NCBI GenBank assembly: GCA_036563665.1
Contig: DATCLY010000069.1
Location: 38,146-102,145, forward strand
Source of the DNA: Gammaproteobacteria bacterium
Lineage (GTDB): Bacteria > Pseudomonadota > Gammaproteobacteria > Steroidobacterales > Rariloculaceae
Length of the DNA stretch: 64,000 nucleotides
Direction of reading: 5' to 3'
The notes under the pieces are model-generated. The model saw only the letters and a list, made by a program, of their open reading frames with translations. It was not told where the DNA came from and did not search any database. Position numbers and translations under genes: made by a program. Positions 29,272-42,500 of the stretch are shown piece by piece (positions within the stretch are counted from its first letter, which is position 1; every line of letters starts with the position of its first letter).

Positions 29272-30274
29272 GATTCCGATCCTCGCAGAATACGCAGCAC
29301 GAGCGCGAGCAGGCGCTCGGCGTGTCCGGCCGCGAAGCGCAGCTCCACGGGGACGCTCCATACCTCGAGCTCACCCGTGTCGGACAGTTTCACGGCGTCC
29401 TTCTCGGTGACGAGCACGGGCAGCCGCGGCGTGAACGCGAGCCGCTCCGGCGTGACGTCGGCGTGGTCGCCGAGCGCATGCGGGGTCACCTCGAGCCCCG
29501 CGTCCTCGAGCAGCGCGAAGAAGCGCCGCGGGTGGCCGATGCCGGCGGCCGCGTGCACCTCGCGCCCGCTCCACGCCGCGAGCGGTCGCCGCTCCTGCCC
29601 CCCGACCCGGACGGCCTCCTGCGCCTCGAGCTCCGCGCGGAACACGCCCGCGTGCCCCCACTCGCCCCCGTTCACGACGATGGCGTCGACGCCGCGCAGG
29701 CGGGACCGCGGCTCCCGCAGCGGCCCCGCCGGCAGGCAGAGCCCGTTGCCCAGGCCTCGCCGGCCGTCCACCACTGCGATCTCCATGTCGCGGCCGAGCG
29801 CGAGGTGCTGCAGGCCGTCGTCCGCGAGCAGCACGTCCACCCGATGCTCGTCGAGCAGCTGCCGCGCGGCGGCCACGCGATCCGGTCCCGCCACCACCGG
29901 GCAGCCCGTGCGGCGCGCGAGCAGCACGGCCTCGTCGCCCACGAGCCGCGGGTCGCTGTCGGGCTGCACCCGTTGCGGCCACTGCTCCGCGCGCCCGCGG
30001 TAGCCGCGAGTCACGATGCCGACGGCCATGCCGCGCTCGGTCAGCGCCCGCGCGAGCCAGATCACGAGCGGCGTCTTGCCGGTGCCGCCGACCGTGAGGT
30101 TCCCGATCACGATCACCGGCACCGGCAGCTTCACCGTCCGCAGCCAGCCGCGCGCGTAGGCGAAGCGGCGCCCCGCCATCACGCCGCGGTAGACGAGCGC
30201 GAGGGGCCAGAGCACCCACGCGAGCGGGTTGCGGCCGTACCAGAGCGAGTTCAGAGCTCCTTCGAGCCACGCCT

Positions 30275-30278
<4 letters not shown>
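29268..30278 (-). CDS. lpxK: tetraacyldisaccharide 4'-kinase
   Basis: 336 aa. P-loop VIGNLTVGGTGKTP. Lies between msbA and kdsB. Confidence 0.93.
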
Positions 30279-32032
<1,754 letters not shown>

Positions 32033-32058
32033 CGACGGCGACCGCCCCGGACGGCGGG

Positions 32059-32481
32059 TCAGTCGTCCGGCGAGCTCACGGTCGCGATGCTGATCTCGAC
32101 GAAGCCGAGCTCGCCCGCCACGTCCATGGCCGTGACGACCGCCTGGTGCGTGGCCTCGGCGTCCGCGCGGATGCGCACGGGCAGGTCGCGCCGGTCGCCG
32201 ACGGTCTGCTCGATGGCGGCCCGCAGCACCCGGCGCTCGTTGTTCACGAGCGGCCGCTCGTTGACGAGATAGCCGCCCGCCTGCGTGATCGTGATCTCGA
32301 GCGACTCCGCCGCCTCACCGGGCGCCGCCGCGGCGTCCGCCTCCGGCAGCCGCAGGTTGATCGACGCCTCGCGCACGAACGTGGTGGAGACCATGAAGAA
32401 CAGCACGAGGACGAGCAGGACGTCCACGAGCGAGATGACGTTGACCTCAGGCTCGTCTTTTGCGCGGCTTTGCAGCCTCAT
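32059..32481 (-). CDS. exbD: ExbD/TolR family biopolymer transport protein
   Basis: 140 aa. EPEVNVISLVDVLLVLVLFFMV is the ExbD TM signature. Confidence 0.88.
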   Translation of the reverse strand: MRLQSRAKDEPEVNVISLVDVLLVLVLFFMVSTTFVREASINLRLPEADAAAAPGEAAESLEITITQAGGYLVNERPLVNNERRVLRAAIEQTVGDRRDLPVRIRADAEATHQAVVTAMDVAGELGFVEISIATVSSPDD

Positions 32482-33112
32482 CGGCGACTCCCAGGTACTC
32501 GCTGCGTTGTGAGTGATACGACAGGGCCTCGAGGAACTTCATCGCTTCCTTTTCGATCTGCACGACGAGCCCGTCGACGCGGCCGCGCAGGAAGCGGTAG
32601 CCGATCAGCGCCGGGATCGCCACGATGAGCCCCGCGGCGGTGGTGATCAGCGCCTCGGCGATGCCGCCCGCGAGCACGGTGGGATTGCCCACGCCCTGCG
32701 TGGTGATGGCGCTGAACGCGCGGATCATGCCGGACACCGTACCGAGCAGGCCGAGCAGCGGCGACACGCCCGCGATGGTGGCGAGCGCGTTGAGATAGCG
32801 CTCGAGCTCGTGCACCACGTGACGGCCGCTGTCCTCGATGCTCTCCTTGATGATCTCGCGGGGCAGATGACGCCGCGCGAGCCCGGCCGCGAGCACCTGG
32901 CCGAGCGGCGAGCTCTGGTGCAGCGCCTGCAGGTGGCCCTGGTCGAGCTGCCCGGATCGAATCCATTCCGCCACGCGCTGCGTCAGGTCCGGCGGCAGCA
33001 CGCGCTTGCGTTGCAGCGTCCACAGCCGCTCGAGCACGATCGCCACGGCGACGACGGAGCAGGCGATGATGGGCAGCATGGTCCAGCCGCCGGCTTTGAC
33101 GATCTCGAGCAT
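32447..33112 (-). CDS. exbB: MotA/TolQ/ExbB proton-channel family protein
   Basis: 221 aa. Three TM segments. ...GLLGTVSGMIRAF...AEALITTAAGLIVAIPA. Overlaps exbD by 35 nt. Confidence 0.88.
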   Translation of the reverse strand: MLEIVKAGGWTMLPIIACSVVAVAIVLERLWTLQRKRVLPPDLTQRVAEWIRSGQLDQGHLQALHQSSPLGQVLAAGLARRHLPREIIKESIEDSGRHVVHELERYLNALATIAGVSPLLGLLGTVSGMIRAFSAITTQGVGNPTVLAGGIAEALITTAAGLIVAIPALIGYRFLRGRVDGLVVQIEKEAMKFLEALSYHSQRSEYLGVADEAAKPRKRRA

Positions 33113-33211
33113 GCGAACCGTACCCCTCCGAAAGGTGGCCCGGACTATAACGCGGCACCGCCCGCGGCACCAGGAACGGCGGCGCGCTGAACGACGCCGC
33201 GCACACTCGCC

Positions 33212-35509
33212 CTACTGCGCGTGCCAGTAGCGGCGGCCGCGGTCGCGCTCGGCGCGCACGGCGACGCCGGACGGCCCGAGGTCCACGGTGACGGCGCCGC
33301 GGTCGCCCGTGACCCACAGCGTCGCGCCGGCGCGCTCCCAGCGCTCCCGCACATCCGGGCGGGGAAAACCCCAACGGTTGGCGTAGCCCGCCGACACGAC
33401 GGCGACGGCGGCGTCGGTGGCGGCGACGAACGGCGCGGAGGACGACGTGGCGCTGCCGTGATGAGGCACGACGACGACGTCCGCGGCGACGGCTGCGTCG
33501 CGCGCGAGCCGCGCCTCGGCCCGCGCCTCGATGTCGCCGGTGACGAGCGCCGCGTGGCCCGCCGCGTGCACCGCGAGCACGCACGAAGTCTCGTTGCCGA
33601 GCGGCGCGAACCCGGGCGGCGGATGCAGCATGCGGAACTCGACGCCGTCCCACGTCCATCGCTGCCCGGCGCGGCAGCGGATGCCGCCGAGCGCCGTCAC
33701 GTCGGGACCCTTGAGCACGTCCACGTCGGGCGCCGCCTCGAGCACCGCGGCCGCGCCGCCCGCGTGATCGTTGTCCGCGTGGCTCACGACGAGCTTGTCG
33801 AGCCGCGCGCCGCCGAGCACCGGCAGCACGACTTCGCGGCCCACGTCGAAGCCGGAGGGGTAGCGCGCGCCGGCGTCGAAGAGCAGGCGGTGCGCGCGCG
33901 TCTCCACGAGCACGGCGAGGCCGTGCCCCACGTCGAGCACGCGCAGGCGTGCAGCGCCCTCCTCGGGCGCCGCCGAACGGCCGACGAAGAGCGGCAGCAG
34001 CGCGAGCCACGCGAGCCGCCGCGCGGGCAACGCGTGCGCGGGCAGCGCGAGCAGCGTGCCGGCGCAAGCGACCAGCGCCGCCGCGAGGCCGGGCGTCGGC
34101 ACCGCGAGCGCGGCCCACGAGGGCGCCGCGAGCGCGTGCAGCGCGGCCAGCGTCCAGCCGGCGAGCAGCGCCGCACCCTGCGTCGCGAGCTCGCCGAGCA
34201 CGCCGAGCGGCAGCGCGAGCGTCGCGAGCAGCGTGAGCGGCACGAGCACGAGGTTGAACCACGGGATCGCCGCGAGGTTCACGAGCGGCCCCACGAGCGA
34301 GACCTCGCCGAAGAACACGGCCGTGAGCGGCAGCAGCGCGATGCCGATCGTCGTCTGCAGCCCGCAGAGCTGCGCCGCGAGCCGCGCGACGCGGCCGCCC
34401 CGCCCCGCGGGCGCCGCGCGCACCCGACGCGGCGAGGCGAGCAGCAGCAGCGCGCACACGGCGCCGAACGACAGCCAGAACGACGCCGCGAGGGGCGCGA
34501 ACGGGTCCCATGCGAGCACCAGCAGCAGCGCCGCTCCGAGGCCGGCCGTGGGCGCGACGTAACGGCGGCTCGCGAGCACCGCGAGCGCCACGAGGATCAT
34601 CACGAGCGAGCGCTGCGCGGGCACGGCGAAGCCCGTGAGCGCCGCGTAGTAGACGGTGGCGGCCGCGGCGGCGAGCGCCGCGCACTCGAGATCGAACGCC
34701 GCGGCGGCCGGCGGCAGGCGCAGCGTCGCCCAGCGCACGGCCGCGAACGCCAGCATGCCGAGCAGCGCCACGTGCATGCCCGACACGGCGACGAGATGGC
34801 TCGTGCCCGTGCGGCGGAAGTCGGTCCAATGCCGCTCCTCGAAGCCGAAGCGCTCGCCGATGGCGAGCGCCGTGAGCAGCGCGGCGCCCTCCCCGTCCGG
34901 CGCCGCGGCCGCGAGCCGCGCCGCGATCGATGCGCGGTAGCGGAGCCACGCGCGGCGCCACCCGGCGCCGTCGTCCCCGGTGTCGAGCCGCTCCGCGGAG
35001 CGCACGTAACCCGTCGCCCCGAACCCTTCCGTGAGCAGCGAGCGCTCGTAGTCGAAGCCGCCGGGGTTGCGGAGCCCCCGCGGCGGACGGAGCCGCACGA
35101 CGAGCGACCAGCGCTCGCCGGCCCGCGGCGTCTCGGGCGGCGAGTACCAGGTCAAGCGGATGCGGCGCGGCACGCCCGCGGGGCGCCGCTCGTCCACGGT
35201 GAAGCCGAACGTGCTCTGCCCGGACGCGCTCGTCGGGAACGAGTCGATCCATCCAGTCACGGCGAAGTCCGCGCCGAGCGACGCGCGCGGCAGCCGGTCC
35301 GCCAGGCGCTCGCCCGCCGCGTGCACGGTCCAGGCGAACGCCGCGACGGCGAACACGACGCCGCGCAGCGCGGCCACGCGCAGCAGCGCGAGCGCGCCGA
35401 CGGCGAGCGCCACGTGCCACGCCGGGCCGGGCAGCGCGGGCAAGGCGTGCGCGGCGAGATTGCCGGCGAGCGCCCCCAACGCGGCGGCACCGACGCCCGA
35501 CCCCGGCAC
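33212..35509 (-). CDS. comEC: DNA internalization-related competence protein ComEC/Rec2
   Basis: Polytopic competence domain plus a C-terminal metallo-beta-lactamase domain (LRVLDVGHGLAVLV...SHADNDHAGG...PHHGS). Start placed at GTG 35509, just after the lolD stop. The track ORF's 171-aa N-terminal extension overlaps lolD and is Arg/Ala junk. Confidence 0.85.
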   Translation of the reverse strand: MPGSGVGAAALGALAGNLAAHALPALPGPAWHVALAVGALALLRVAALRGVVFAVAAFAWTVHAAGERLADRLPRASLGADFAVTGWIDSFPTSASGQSTFGFTVDERRPAGVPRRIRLTWYSPPETPRAGERWSLVVRLRPPRGLRNPGGFDYERSLLTEGFGATGYVRSAERLDTGDDGAGWRRAWLRYRASIAARLAAAAPDGEGAALLTALAIGERFGFEERHWTDFRRTGTSHLVAVSGMHVALLGMLAFAAVRWATLRLPPAAAAFDLECAALAAAAATVYYAALTGFAVPAQRSLVMILVALAVLASRRYVAPTAGLGAALLLVLAWDPFAPLAASFWLSFGAVCALLLLASPRRVRAAPAGRGGRVARLAAQLCGLQTTIGIALLPLTAVFFGEVSLVGPLVNLAAIPWFNLVLVPLTLLATLALPLGVLGELATQGAALLAGWTLAALHALAAPSWAALAVPTPGLAAALVACAGTLLALPAHALPARRLAWLALLPLFVGRSAAPEEGAARLRVLDVGHGLAVLVETRAHRLLFDAGARYPSGFDVGREVVLPVLGGARLDKLVVSHADNDHAGGAAAVLEAAPDVDVLKGPDVTALGGIRCRAGQRWTWDGVEFRMLHPPPGFAPLGNETSCVLAVHAAGHAALVTGDIEARAEARLARDAAVAADVVVVPHHGSATSSSAPFVAATDAAVAVVSAGYANRWGFPRPDVRERWERAGATLWVTGDRGAVTVDLGPSGVAVRAERDRGRRYWHAQ

Positions 35510-35553
35510 GCGGCTCCCGCCGGGCGCGTGGCCGGCGCGCGGGGCGGCGTCCG

Positions 35554-36235
<682 letters not shown>

Positions 36236-36243
<8 letters not shown>

Positions 36244-37495
36244 AGCGGAGCACCTCGGCCGGCTGCTGACGCGCGGCGGTCAACGCCGGGTAGAACGTGG
36301 CGGCCACGGCCAGCACGAGCGCGAGCAGGCAGATCTCGGCGATCTCGAGGGGCCTGAGCTCGCTCGGCAGCTCGCTCAGGAAGTAGACCTCCTCCGGGAG
36401 CAGATCCACGCCCGTCAACGCCTCGATCCAGCCGACGACGTCGCCGAGCTGCCAGGTGACGAGCAGCGCGAGCAGCACGCCCAGCGCCGTGCCCGCCGCG
36501 CCGACCAGCGTGCCCTGCAGGCCGAACACGGTCATGACGCTGCGCGGCGTGGCCCCGAAGCTTCGCAGGATGGCGATGTCGCCCCGCTTCTCGCGCACCA
36601 CCATCATGAGCGTGGACACGATGTTGAAGGCGGCCACTGCGATCACGAGCGACAGGATGACGAACATGATCGCCTTCGTGATCTGGATGGAGCGCAGCAG
36701 GTTCACGTGCTGGCGCGTCCAGTCGTCGTAGTAGAAGTTGACGCCGTGCGCCCGCGCATAGCGGCGCGCGACGTCCGTCGCGATGGCGCGGGCCTGGTAC
36801 CGGTCCTCGACGTGCAGGCGCACGCCGGTGGCGCGCCCGCCGGTGCGGAACAGCCGGCTCGCGTCCTCGAACGCCGTGAGCACGAGCAGCCGGTCGTACT
36901 CGTACATCCCGGAGTCGAAGATGCCGGCGACCGTGAACGTGCGCACGGTGGGCAGCACGCCGAGCGGCGTGACCCGCCCCTCGGCGAGCACGAGCACGAG
37001 CTCGTCGCCCAGGCCCACCCCGAGCGTGCGCGCGAGGCTCGCGCCGATCACGATGGCGAAGCGGCCGGGCTCGAGCGCCTCGAGCGTTCCCTGCCGCATG
37101 AATCCCTCGATGCCCGACACCTCCCGCTCGTAGGCCGGGTCCACGCCGCGAATGGTGACGCCCGCGATCTCCTCGCCGGCGACGGCCATGCCCTGGCCCT
37201 CCACGAAGGGCGCCACGGCCACCACGCCGTCGCGCGCGCGCGCCTGGCTCGCGAGATCGCGCCAGTCCTCGAGCGGGCCTTCGTAGCCGCTGATGGTCGC
37301 ATCCGACACCATGGCGAGCGTGCGCTCCTGCAGCTGCGTCTCGAAGCCGTTCATCACGGACAGCACGACGATGAGTACCGCCACCGCCACGCCGATGCCG
37401 AGCATCGAAACGCCCGAGATGAAGGAGATAAAGCTGTCGCCGCTGCGCGCGCGCAGATAGCGTAGGGCGATGGAGAGCTCGTAGGGCTGGCGCAC
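36236..37495 (-). CDS. lipoprotein-releasing ABC transporter permease, LolC/LolE family (second copy)
   Basis: 419 aa. N-terminus ...[46 protein letters not shown] is the FtsX/LolCE signature. Confidence 0.9.
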
Positions 37496-37498
37496 GCG

Positions 37499-38767
37499 CT
37501 ACTCGTAACGCAAAGCGGCGGCCGGCGCGACGGCGGCGGCGCGGCGCGACGGATAGAGCGTCGCGAGCACGGCGATGGCAAACGCGACGGTCGGGACGAG
37601 CACGACGTCGGCGAGCTGCACCTCCGAGGGGATCTCGGTCACGTAGTACACGTCGCCGGGCATGATCTTGAAATGGAACGTGCTCTCGAGCCACGGGACG
37701 ATGACGTCCACGTTGAACGCGAGCGCGAGGCCGAGCGCCACGCCGAGCACCGTGCCCGCGAGCCCGATCAGCGCGCCCTGCACCACGAAGATGCGCGCGA
37801 CCCGCCCTGGCTCGAGCCCGTAGGTGCGCAGGATCGCGATGTCCTTCTGCTTGTCCGTCACCACCATCATGAGCGACGCGACGATGTTGAACGCGGCGAC
37901 GCCGACGATGAACATCAGGATCACCGTCATCATCGTCTTCTCGATGTGGATGGCCTGAAAGTAGGCGCGGTGCTGCTCCGTCCAGTCCGTGTATTCGAGC
38001 CCGGGCGCGTGCGCGGACGAAGCGGCGCTGGCCCCGTGCCCATCGCCCGCCTCGAGGGCGCGGCGCAGCTCCGGCGCCGCGAGCGGGTCCGTGAGCCGCA
38101 CGCCGAGCGCCTGCGGCGCGCCGCCCAGGCCGCGGAGCCGGCTCGCCTGCTCGAGGTGCAGCAGCGCGAGGCGCGAGTCGTGATCCTGCACGCCGGCCTC
38201 GAAGATGCCGGCCACGCTCAGCGCCTCGCGCTCCGGGTCCGGCCGGCCGTTCGCGACGCGCGGCACGAGCAGCGTGACGCGGTCGCCCACGGTGACGCCC
38301 AGGTTCAAAGCGAGGAAACGGCCGAGGAGCACGCGGCCCGGCGCGAGCGACTCCAGGGCGCCCTCCTCGACGAACCGGCCGAGATCCGACACGGCGCGCT
38401 CGGTCTCGGGCAGCACGCCCCGCAGCACCACGGGCTCGAGCGCGGCGCCGGCGGTCAGCAGGCCCTCGAACGTCACGAACGGCGCGACGCCCGCCACGCC
38501 CGGCCGCTCGGCCACGCGCTCGGCGAGCTGCCGCCAGTCGGGCAGACCGCGCCCCGGCGCCGCGATGCTCACGTGCTCGGTCATGCTGAGGAGCCGCGTG
38601 CGCAGCTCCGCCTCGAAGCCGTTCATGACGGACAGGATCACGATCAGCGCGGCCACGCCGAGGCCGATGCCGGCGGCCGACACGCCCGTCATGAAGGAGA
38701 CGGCGCCGCGGCGGCGGTGCGAGCGCACGTAGCGCAGGCCGATGAAGCACTCGACGGGCCGGAACAT
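37499..38767 (-). CDS. lipoprotein-releasing ABC transporter permease, LolC/LolE family (first copy)
   Basis: 422 aa. MFRPVECFIGLRYVRSHRRRGAVSFMTGVSAAGIGLGVAALIVILSVMNGF... Confidence 0.9.
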   Translation of the reverse strand: MFRPVECFIGLRYVRSHRRRGAVSFMTGVSAAGIGLGVAALIVILSVMNGFEAELRTRLLSMTEHVSIAAPGRGLPDWRQLAERVAERPGVAGVAPFVTFEGLLTAGAALEPVVLRGVLPETERAVSDLGRFVEEGALESLAPGRVLLGRFLALNLGVTVGDRVTLLVPRVANGRPDPEREALSVAGIFEAGVQDHDSRLALLHLEQASRLRGLGGAPQALGVRLTDPLAAPELRRALEAGDGHGASAASSAHAPGLEYTDWTEQHRAYFQAIHIEKTMMTVILMFIVGVAAFNIVASLMMVVTDKQKDIAILRTYGLEPGRVARIFVVQGALIGLAGTVLGVALGLALAFNVDVIVPWLESTFHFKIMPGDVYYVTEIPSEVQLADVVLVPTVAFAIAVLATLYPSRRAAAVAPAAALRYE

Positions 38768-38882
38768 GACGCAGCATTAAACCACAGGGGAACTGTGACG
38801 CAGGCCACAAAAAGGCCGCGTCCCCCCGGTGGGACGCCGCGCGCCGGTGCTATATTTCCGGCCGTTGCAGGGAGATTGCGGC

Positions 38883-39155
38883 ATGCGGAAAGCCCTCTTC
38901 TGGTTGCTCCTGACGGGCGCGGTGTCGTGCGCGAGCGCCGACGTGCTGCTGCTCGACGGCCTGGAGATGGCCCGGCAGACGGCGGACAGCCGTCCGGCCC
39001 GCGGCATGACGATGCAACGCGTCGAAGCGCGTTTCGGCACGCCCGACGCGCGCAGCGGCCCCGTGGGCGACCCGCCCATCACGCGCTGGGACTACCCGGG
39101 CTTCAGCGTCTACTTCGAGTACGAGCACGTCATCCACGCGGTCGTCCGGCGCTGA
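38883..39155 (+). CDS. small secreted/periplasmic protein of unknown function
   Basis: Signal peptide MRKALFWLLLTGAVSCASA, then ...MTMQRVEARFGTPDARSGPVGDPPITRWDYPGFSVYFEYEHVIHAVVRR. Normal composition. Start moved to ATG 38883. Confidence 0.65.
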   Translation: MRKALFWLLLTGAVSCASADVLLLDGLEMARQTADSRPARGMTMQRVEARFGTPDARSGPVGDPPITRWDYPGFSVYFEYEHVIHAVVRR

Positions 39156-39179
39156 CCTGCCCGCGATGCTCGCGGCGCC

Positions 39180-39505
39180 GTAGCAGCGCCTTTCCGGGCG
39201 CGGTCTTCGCGGCTTGTCGCCGAGAAGATCGCGGCCTCCGGCGTTCGCGCAGGGGCCCGTCCATGCAGACCCCCTTCCAGGAACGGCGTGAATACGTCCC
39301 TGTAGCCTCGCGCGCGCGTCCTGCGCGCGAGCGTCCTGGAAGGGGGTCTGCATGGACGGGCCTGCCGCCTCATCGCGAGAACGCGCGGCAGGAAGATCGC
39401 AGCCTGACGCGTCGTCGCAAACGCCCGCGGCGCGAAGATCGCGGCCTGATAGCTCGGCTTGAGAGCGTGGGGCGCTGAAGATCGCGCCTGGAAAGGCGCC
39501 CCCCG
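39180..39505. repeat. array of degenerate REP copies flanking nested palindromic element copy B (39254-39362)
   Basis: Forward REP variant at 39180-39208. GAAGATCGC-type reverse variants start at 39224, 39392, 39434 and 39477 (the last has a clean GCGCC/GGCGC stem). Perfect 29-bp arms GGCCCGTCCATGCAGACCCCCTTCCAGGA (39254-39282) pair with their complement (39334-39362). Confidence 0.85.
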
Positions 39506-39584
39506 CGGCGGCCGGCGCCGGCCGCCTATCGCCCGAACGGGAGGCCGCCCGCATAATTGCGGCCTTTGCGTTGTCGAACGGGCG

Positions 39585-42500
39585 ATGGACGCGCCGCTAC
39601 GTGTACTCGACGGACTGTCGCTGCCCGATCCGCACGGCCCCCGTCACGCCGTGTGGGGGGAGCTCTATGGCAGCGCGCTCGGCCTCGCCATCGCCGAGGC
39701 CGTGGCGCGCCACGCCGGGCCCGTCTGCATCGTCACGCCGTCGGCCGCCGCGGCAGACCGCCTGCAGCGCGAGCTCGAGTTCTTCGCCGCCGGCGCGCCC
39801 CTGGGCCGCTTCCCCGACTACGAGACGCTGCCGTACGAGGCCATCGCGCCGCCGCAGGACCTGCTCGCGGAGCGCCTGCTCGCGCTCTATCAGCTCGCGA
39901 CCGGCGAGGCGCGCACGCTGCTCGTGGACGCCGGCGCGCTGCTCAACCGGCTGCCGCCGCCGGACTTCGTGCGGGCGCGCTCGCTCACGCTGGCCGTGGG
40001 CCAGACGCTCGATCGCGACGCGCTGACCCGGCGGCTCGCCGACCACGGCTATCTGCGCGTGGCGCAGGTCACCGAGCCCGGCGAGTTCGCCGTGCGCGGG
40101 GCCCTGCTCGACGTCTTCCCCACCGGTCACGACGCGCCGGTGCGCATCGATCTGTTCGACGATCGCATCGACAGCCTGCGCACGTTCGATCCGCAGACGC
40201 AGCTCTCGACCGGCGAGACGCGCGAGGTGCGCGTGCTGCCCGCCCGCGAGTTTCCGTTCGACGCGGACGGCATCAAGGGCTTCCGGGCGCGCTTCCGCGA
40301 GCGCTTTCCCGTGGAGCCCGGGCGCTGCCCCGTGTACCGCAACATCTCGGAGGCGGAGCTCCCGCCCGGCATCGAGTACTACCTGCCGCTCTTCTTCGAC
40401 GCGACGGCGTCGCTGTTCGACTACCTCGCGCCGGACACGTTGCTGATCCTGACCGAGGACTCGCTGTCCGGCCTCGACGACACCTGGCGGCTCATCGGCG
40501 AGCGCTACGAGCAGCTCTGCGGCGACATCGAGCACCCGATCCTGCCGCCGGAGCAGGCGTTCGCGAGCCCCGAGGAGGTGCGCGCGCGGCTGCCCGAGCG
40601 CGTCGTCGTCACCGTCACGGCCGGACGCGCCGACGAGCGGCCCGGCGACGGCGCGCTCGTCTGCAACGGCGGCGCCTCGCATCCGCTCGCGAGCGCGCCG
40701 AGCACCGCGAGCGACCGCATCGCCCGCTGGCTCGAGGCGGCGCCGGGCGAGCGCACGCTCGTGGCGGCGTCCTCGCCGGGCCACCGCGAGATGCTGCTCG
40801 AGCTCTTGAAGAGCCGCGGCCTCGCGCCCGTGGCCGTGCGCAGCTGGGTCGAGTTCGTCGCGGGCGACATGCCGCTCGCGGTGAGCGTGGCGGAGCTGCA
40901 CGAGGGCATGCGGATCGCCGCGCGCGGCCTGCGCGTGGTCACGGCCGCCGAGCTCGGCATGGAGCGGCCGCGCCAGCGCGCACGGCGGCGCCGCGCCGCG
41001 CGCGATCCCGAAGCGATCATCCGCGAGCTCACGGACCTGCAGGTGGGCGCGCCGGTCGTGCACGAGGAGCACGGCATCGGCCGCTATCGCGGCCTCACGA
41101 CGCTCGACGTGGACGGCGTGCCCACGGAGTTCCTCGTGCTCGAGTACGCGGGAGGCGACAAGCTGTACGTGCCCGTGCAGAGCCTGCACCTCGTCACGCG
41201 CTACACGGGCGCGCCGGCGGAGCAGGCCCCGCTGCACCGCCTCGGTTCCGACCAGTGGGAGAAGGCCCGCCGCAAGGCGGCCGAGCAGGCGCGCGACGTC
41301 GCGGCGGAGCTCTTGAACGTCTACGCCCGCCGCGCCGCGCGCCGCGGCACGCCGCTCGCGCTCGACGGTTCGAGCTACGAGCGGTTCGCGAGCGAGTTCC
41401 CGTTCGAGGAGACCGAAGACCAGCGCGCGGCCATCGAGAGCGTGCTGGCCGACCTCGAGCGCGAGCAGCCGATGGACCGCATCGTGTGCGGCGACGTGGG
41501 GTTCGGCAAGACGGAGGTGGCGCTGCGCTCCGCGTTCGTGGCCGTGCAGGCGGGCCAGCAGGTGGCCGTGCTCGTGCCCACCACGCTGCTCGCGCAGCAG
41601 CACTACCGCACGTTCCAGGACCGCTTCGCGGACTGGCCCGTGCGCATCGAGCTCTTGTCGCGCTTTCGGAGCGCGAAGGCCGCCGCGGAGGCGCTGCGCG
41701 GCCTCGCGGACGGCACGATCGACATCGTGATCGGCACCCACAAGCTGCTCCAGGACAACGTCGCCTTCAAGCGCCTGGGGCTCGTGATCGTGGACGAGGA
41801 GCACCGCTTCGGCGTGAAGCACAAGGAGCGGCTGAAGCAACTGCGGGCGGAGGTGCACGTGCTCACGCTCACGGCCACGCCGATCCCGCGCACGCTCAAC
41901 ATGACGCTCGGCGGCTTGCGGGATCTGTCGATCATCGCGACGCCCCCGGCCGCGCGGCTCGCCGTGAAGACCTTCGTGGGCGAGTGGAACGAGCGGCAGG
42001 TGCGTGACGCGATCCTGAGAGAGCTCCGCCGCGGCGGCCAGGTGTACTTCGTGCACAACCGCGTGGAGAACATCGAGGCCGTGGCGAACGAGGTGCGGCG
42101 GCTCGCGCCCGAGGCGAGCGTGCGCGTGGCGCACGGCCAGATGTCGGAGCGCGAGCTCGAGGCGGTGATGCTCGACTTCTACCACCGCGAGTTCAACGTG
42201 CTCGTGTGCACCACCATCATCGAGAGCGGCATCGACATCCCGACGGCCAACACGATCATCATCAACCGCGCGGACCGCCTGGGGCTCGCGCAGCTCCATC
42301 AGCTTCGCGGCCGCGTGGGCAGGTCGCATCACCAGGCGTACGCCTACCTGATCGCGCCGCCGCGGCGCGCCTTGACGCCCGAAGCGGCGAAGCGGCTCGA
42401 GGCCATCGAGGCCCTCGAGGAGCTCGGCTCGGGCTTCGCCCTCGCCACGCACGACCTCGAGATCCGCGGCGCGGGAGAGCTCCTCGGCGAAGGCCAGAGC

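Noticed and set aside
32478-35420. 980-aa ORF spanning exbB through comEC in another frame
   Set aside because: Arg/Ala-rich junk crossing a real intergenic gap. The true genes are in other frames of the same strand.
39597-42452. 951-aa ORF antisense to mfd
   Set aside because: Compositional artefact. mfd motifs are on the plus strand.
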